Assembly: GCA_048882385.1 (NCBI GenBank)
Contig: JBHLRQ010000060.1
Span: forward strand, 1 to 18,930
Reading direction: 5' to 3'
Length of the DNA: 18,930 bases
Source of the DNA: Candidatus Thorarchaeota archaeon
GTDB taxonomy: Archaea > Asgardarchaeota > Thorarchaeia > Thorarchaeales > Thorarchaeaceae
Below, one piece after another: positions 15,353 to 18,930 of the stretch (the stretch's first letter is position 1; each line of letters starts with the position of its first letter). The notes under the pieces were generated by a model. It was given only the letters and a program-made list of their open reading frames with translations. It searched no databases and was not told where the DNA came from. The translations under genes and the position numbers were made by a program.

Positions 15353-16717
15353 ATGACGGTGCCTACTGAGGACAGAGTACTCGACACAACCGTACGTATG
15401 CTTGGAAAGCATACACTCTGTGATAGGTGCCTTGGACGTCAATTTGCTTGGCTCAGTACCAACACAACGAATTTAGACAGAGGTCATTCACTGAAGTTGG
15501 CTTTGTCGATGATTGCAGATGACGAACTAAAATCTGGAAATACCGAGTATGGAAAACAGATAATCAGTCTATTAGCAGGAAAAGGAATGTTCGAACCGGC
15601 CCAGGTAATTGCTGATAAAAGCGCTATCGAGGTTGCTCTTGAAACCCAATGTGATCTCTGCACAGTCGATGGCGAATCGATATTCACGAGAGTGAATGCA
15701 ATAACCAAGAGAGTTGTAGAACTGGTCCAAGAGATACAGTTTGATACATTCCTCGTTGGAACAATAACAAGCCCCATTCTTGACGAAAAGCAGGATGAAC
15801 TACGAGCGGAATATTCACTCTTGCATGCTGAAGCCTTAAAGTCTGATTTCAGTAGAGAACTTGGGAAGCAGATTCACGATACCATCAGGAAGGAAGTAGA
15901 CTTCGAGAAACCCGACATTGTATTCATCTATGACATGATCAAAGACAAGGTCCAATTACAGATAAACCCGATTTTCATCTATGGAAGATATCGTAAGCTG
16001 ATGAGGGGTATACCACAGAGCAGATGGGACTGTAAAGAGTGCAAGGGTAAAGGTTGTAACGAATGTAAAGGTACAGGAAGAAGATATCCTGATTCAATCT
16101 CTGAGTATGTGGGAAATGTGGCTCAGGAATTGACCAAAGGTACAAGATTCAAGTTTCATGCAGCAGGTAGAGAGGATGTTGATGTACTCATGTTGGGAGA
16201 GGGCAGACCGTTTGTAGTTGAAGTTTCTGAACCTCGAATTAGAAATCCGGACTTGGAGAAATTAATGAAAACTATAAACAAAAGTGCCAAGAAACGCGTT
16301 CAAGTTCAAGATCTTAAGATGACCAATCGAGAACATTCCCAGAAACTAAAGGAAGATGCTTCCTCCAATATCAAAGAGTATGCAGCAATCATCAAAACTG
16401 ACGAGAGTGTGGGTAAAGAGAAACTGCAGAAAGTGGAGAAGGAGTTCTCGGGTGTTGAAATTGAACAGAGAACGCCTAGACGTGTTTCGCATCGTAGAAG
16501 TGATCTTGTAAGGAGGAAAGTAGTCCATGAAGTACGTCTAAGGAAGCTTTCTGACAAGACAATTGAAGCATCCTTCAAGGTTCAAGGGGGAACCTATGTT
16601 AAAGAGCTGATCTCAGGAGATGATGGAAGAACTGTTCCTTCAATAGCAAGCATAATAGGTACAGACTGCACATGTATTGAGCTGAATGTTACAGCAGTCT
16701 ATGGAGAAGCACAATAG
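15353..16717 (+). CDS. pus10: tRNA pseudouridine(54/55) synthase Pus10
   Basis: LCDRCLGRQFA, GRYRKL.RGIPQ, FHAAGREDVD (catalytic Asp), GRPF, QRTPRRVSHRR and GGTYVKELISGD.GRT.PS. Confidence 0.96.
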   Translation: MTVPTEDRVLDTTVRMLGKHTLCDRCLGRQFAWLSTNTTNLDRGHSLKLALSMIADDELKSGNTEYGKQIISLLAGKGMFEPAQVIADKSAIEVALETQCDLCTVDGESIFTRVNAITKRVVELVQEIQFDTFLVGTITSPILDEKQDELRAEYSLLHAEALKSDFSRELGKQIHDTIRKEVDFEKPDIVFIYDMIKDKVQLQINPIFIYGRYRKLMRGIPQSRWDCKECKGKGCNECKGTGRRYPDSISEYVGNVAQELTKGTRFKFHAAGREDVDVLMLGEGRPFVVEVSEPRIRNPDLEKLMKTINKSAKKRVQVQDLKMTNREHSQKLKEDASSNIKEYAAIIKTDESVGKEKLQKVEKEFSGVEIEQRTPRRVSHRRSDLVRRKVVHEVRLRKLSDKTIEASFKVQGGTYVKELISGDDGRTVPSIASIIGTDCTCIELNVTAVYGEAQ

Positions 16718-16843
16718 AATCTAAGATTTCTGATAGCTGTTGCGAAATCCTTAAGTGTTGACCCAAGAGGTCATGCTGGACCTCGGGTGTGGGTTTTAGT
16801 ATATTCACACATTTCGAGTAAGATACAATTGCGAGTGATACCC

Positions 16844-17140
16844 ATGGTCAAGAAAAGTCATGGCTACAGAGCCCGAACACGCAGCTTGATGAGCAAGAGA
16901 ATACGACAGCGTGGACTAAGCTCACCAAGTAAAGTATTGATTGACTATGAAGAAGGTCAAAATGTTGACATTGTCATCGATTCGGGTTTTCACAAGGGTA
17001 TGCCACATCGCAGATATCACGGCAGAACTGGTGTCGTAACAGGCTTGAGAGGGCGAGCGGTACTTGTCGATGTTGGACTTGGAAAGTCCACAAAGACACT
17101 CATCATCAGACGCGAGCATCTCCGACCTAGTAGAGGTTGA
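16844..17140 (+). CDS. rpl21e: Ribosomal protein eL21 (L21e)
   Basis: MVKKSHGYRARTR, KGMPHRRYHGRTG and EHLRP. Start at ATG 16844. Confidence 0.97.
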   Translation: MVKKSHGYRARTRSLMSKRIRQRGLSSPSKVLIDYEEGQNVDIVIDSGFHKGMPHRRYHGRTGVVTGLRGRAVLVDVGLGKSTKTLIIRREHLRPSRG

Positions 17141-17150
17141 GTGGTTAGAA

Positions 17151-17486
17151 ATGCCCAAGGAGATTATCAGCGAAGAAGAAGTAACTCTTCCACAGGTCAA
17201 GAAGCTACTTGCTCAGAGAGGAAAAGAAGGAGAACTTTCTTTCCAGCAATCAATTACACTTGAACACGCAAGCGCATTTTCAAGAATGGCTCCAGCAGTG
17301 TCAGTGAAGGTTGTCGATAAGTTAATGAAGAGTTATGATTTGGCACGATCACAAGCAGTTCAGATTGTGAATATTGCTCCCACAACGATCGAGGAACTCA
17401 AGTCCATCCTCTCATCTCGATCAACTAATCTTACTGATGAGCAGATGATCGAGATTGTAGATTTCATTATTAAAAATAGGTCGTAG
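17151..17486 (+). CDS. rpoF: RNA polymerase subunit Rpo4 (RpoF)
   Basis: MPKEIISEEEVTL.QVKKLL, ELSFQQ..TLEH and AVQIVNIAP.TIEELKSIL, in the conserved position after rpl21e. Start at ATG 17151. Confidence 0.9.
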   Translation: MPKEIISEEEVTLPQVKKLLAQRGKEGELSFQQSITLEHASAFSRMAPAVSVKVVDKLMKSYDLARSQAVQIVNIAPTTIEELKSILSSRSTNLTDEQMIEIVDFIIKNRS

Positions 17487-17492
17487 TTTTTT
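17487..17492 (+). terminator. Possible U-tract terminator after rpoF
   Basis: T6 run directly after the TAG stop. Confidence 0.35.
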
Positions 17493-17595
17493 CAAAAGCT
17501 GATTGGCGCAAAGCGTTTCTGAGTCCGATTAGTTTTTATCCAATCAGGTCCAACACTTTCACAATGTATCCAAGTAGCGATAGGAGTGTTAACGA

Positions 17596-18210
17596 ATGGA
17601 AGGTTCACAGAACAGGATGTTTGAGACTCACGCATATATCCTGTCTGTTGTACCACCAAAAGAATACCTCCGTGATTCTCGCCCAAGAGGCGAAACTATA
17701 GCTCAGGGTATTGGTGAGACATATTTTACACTTCTCGAGATGATTCCTCAAAGAGGGATTAAACCGCATCCTCAAGAGCGAGTAGCAATCACAAAAAATA
17801 CCCAGAGCAAGATAGACCATGTGAAGAGGAGGATTTTCTACGAGGATCTTGTTCCAGAGAGCGTTGCAGAGTTGTCACTCGTTATTGAGATTATAGTAAC
17901 AAAACATGAGCACAAATATGTTCAATTCTTCAACGAGGCAAATCCGATAACAACCAGAATGCATTCCTTGCAACTTCTTCCTGGAATTGGACAGACTCTC
18001 ATGTGGGCTATTCTGGAGGAAAGGAAACGAGAACCTTTCAAAAGCTTTGAAGATATAGCATCCCGAACAAAGCTGCAAAACCCTAAGAAGGTCATCACAG
18101 CCAGAATAATTGATGAGCTTAGAGAGGATGTCAAGCGCTGGTTGTTTGCACGGCCACCAAAACGCGAAGAAAATGACCGTGATCATCGTGACCGTTCACC
18201 AAGGCGATAA
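17596..18210 (+). CDS. DUF655 family predicted RNA-binding protein
   Basis: AQGIGETYFTLLE, FFNEANPITTRMHSLQLLPGIG and ILEERKREPFKSFEDI, in the conserved position between rpoF and ksgA. GGAGTG ribosome-binding site. Confidence 0.92.
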   Translation: MEGSQNRMFETHAYILSVVPPKEYLRDSRPRGETIAQGIGETYFTLLEMIPQRGIKPHPQERVAITKNTQSKIDHVKRRIFYEDLVPESVAELSLVIEIIVTKHEHKYVQFFNEANPITTRMHSLQLLPGIGQTLMWAILEERKREPFKSFEDIASRTKLQNPKKVITARIIDELREDVKRWLFARPPKREENDRDHRDRSPRR

Positions 18211-18222
18211 AGAGAGACCAAG

Positions 18223-18930
18223 GTGAGGTATCTGTCAGACGAAATTCGTATACTTCTGAATCGATACAAAGTGAAACCAAGAAAGAAATACGGTCAGAGT
18301 TTTTTGAAAAGTCACGCTATTGCAAGAGAGATTGTCCAGCTTGCCAAGGTATCATCTAAAGACAGTGTTCTAGAGATTGGTGGAGGTCTCGGAATGCTTA
18401 CACGTTGGATAGCTGCAGAGGCAGGAAAGGTTCATGTCATCGAGATTGAGCCGGGCCTTATCAAAGCCCTAAATGATGTATCCAGAGGGTTTGGTAATCT
18501 CGAAATAATTGAAGGTGATGCACTAACAGTTTCTTTGCCTGATGCAAACAAGGTGGTAGCGAACCTTCCCTACAGTATCTCATCTGAGATCACATTCCGT
18601 CTACTGAGAGAACTCAACTTTGAGAGTATGGTTTTGATGTACCAAAAAGAGTTTGCTTCACGATTGGTAGCCAAACCAGGAAGCTCAGAATACTCACGGT
18701 TGACTGTCAATGTGCAATATCATGCCAAAGCTGAGTTGATGATGGATGTGTCAGCAGACATGTTCTATCCAGTACCTGCTGTGGATTCAACTGTTGTTAG
18801 AATCACACCAAGAACAGAAGGACCACATGCGAAGGACGAGTCAATATTCCATTGGATGATTGGAGGAATCTATCTATATCCGAATAAGAATGTACGGAAA
18901 GCATTTCGAATCTGGTTCAAGAACATTGGT
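18223..18930 (+). CDS. ksgA: 16S rRNA m6,2A dimethyltransferase KsgA/Dim1, truncated by the window end; absent from the ORF track
   Basis: Manual translation shows KPRKKYGQSFL, VLEIGGGLGMLT, IEGDAL, VVANLPYSIS, LMYQKEFASRL, YSRLTV and FYPVPAVDSTVV. Start is GTG 18223, or CTG 18232 after AGGTGAGG. Confidence 0.94.
   Translation, partial: MRYLSDEIRILLNRYKVKPRKKYGQSFLKSHAIAREIVQLAKVSSKDSVLEIGGGLGMLTRWIAAEAGKVHVIEIEPGLIKALNDVSRGFGNLEIIEGDALTVSLPDANKVVANLPYSISSEITFRLLRELNFESMVLMYQKEFASRLVAKPGSSEYSRLTVNVQYHAKAELMMDVSADMFYPVPAVDSTVVRITPRTEGPHAKDESIFHWMIGGIYLYPNKNVRKAFRIWFKNIG

Noticed and set aside
16030-16080. DnaJ-like CxxCxGxG repeat in Pus10
   Set aside because: This Zn-binding insert is a common feature of archaeal Pus10 proteins.
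18208-18225. DUF655 and ksgA are in the same frame, separated by a single TAA (possible read-through fusion)
   Set aside because: Being in frame is a one-in-three chance, TAA is a strong stop, ksgA has its own SD-like motif, and the two are normally separate genes.

Overview
Gene-dense archaeal core-genome window, inferred to be Asgard-like (possibly Thorarchaeia) from eL38, an eL40 starting MPVAD, and GGTG/GGAGG Shine-Dalgarno sites. It has 22 CDSs, mostly for translation and RNA processing: Nop2-Nip7, eL40, eL38, a beta-CASP nuclease, Alba, a NusA2-like KH protein, TruD, Pth2 and the pus10-rpl21e-rpoF-DUF655-ksgA cluster. Also present are sucCD, CyaB, a ThrC-like enzyme, an Fcy1-like deaminase, PAC2 and a geranylgeranyl reductase. 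Three features missing from the ORF track were found: rpl40e (9316-9474), an intron-containing tRNA-Val(CAC) (9501-9623) and a 3'-truncated ksgA. The most unusual element is a 738-aa Hel308/Ski2-derived protein with every ATPase motif substituted and an intact SWIM zinc finger apparently inserted in the winged-helix region. Its promoter region is rich in inverted repeats. Several intergenic hairpins could act as cis-regulatory RNAs, notably one that sequesters the ribosome-binding site between alba and the nusA2-like gene. No mobile elements or CRISPR arrays were seen.
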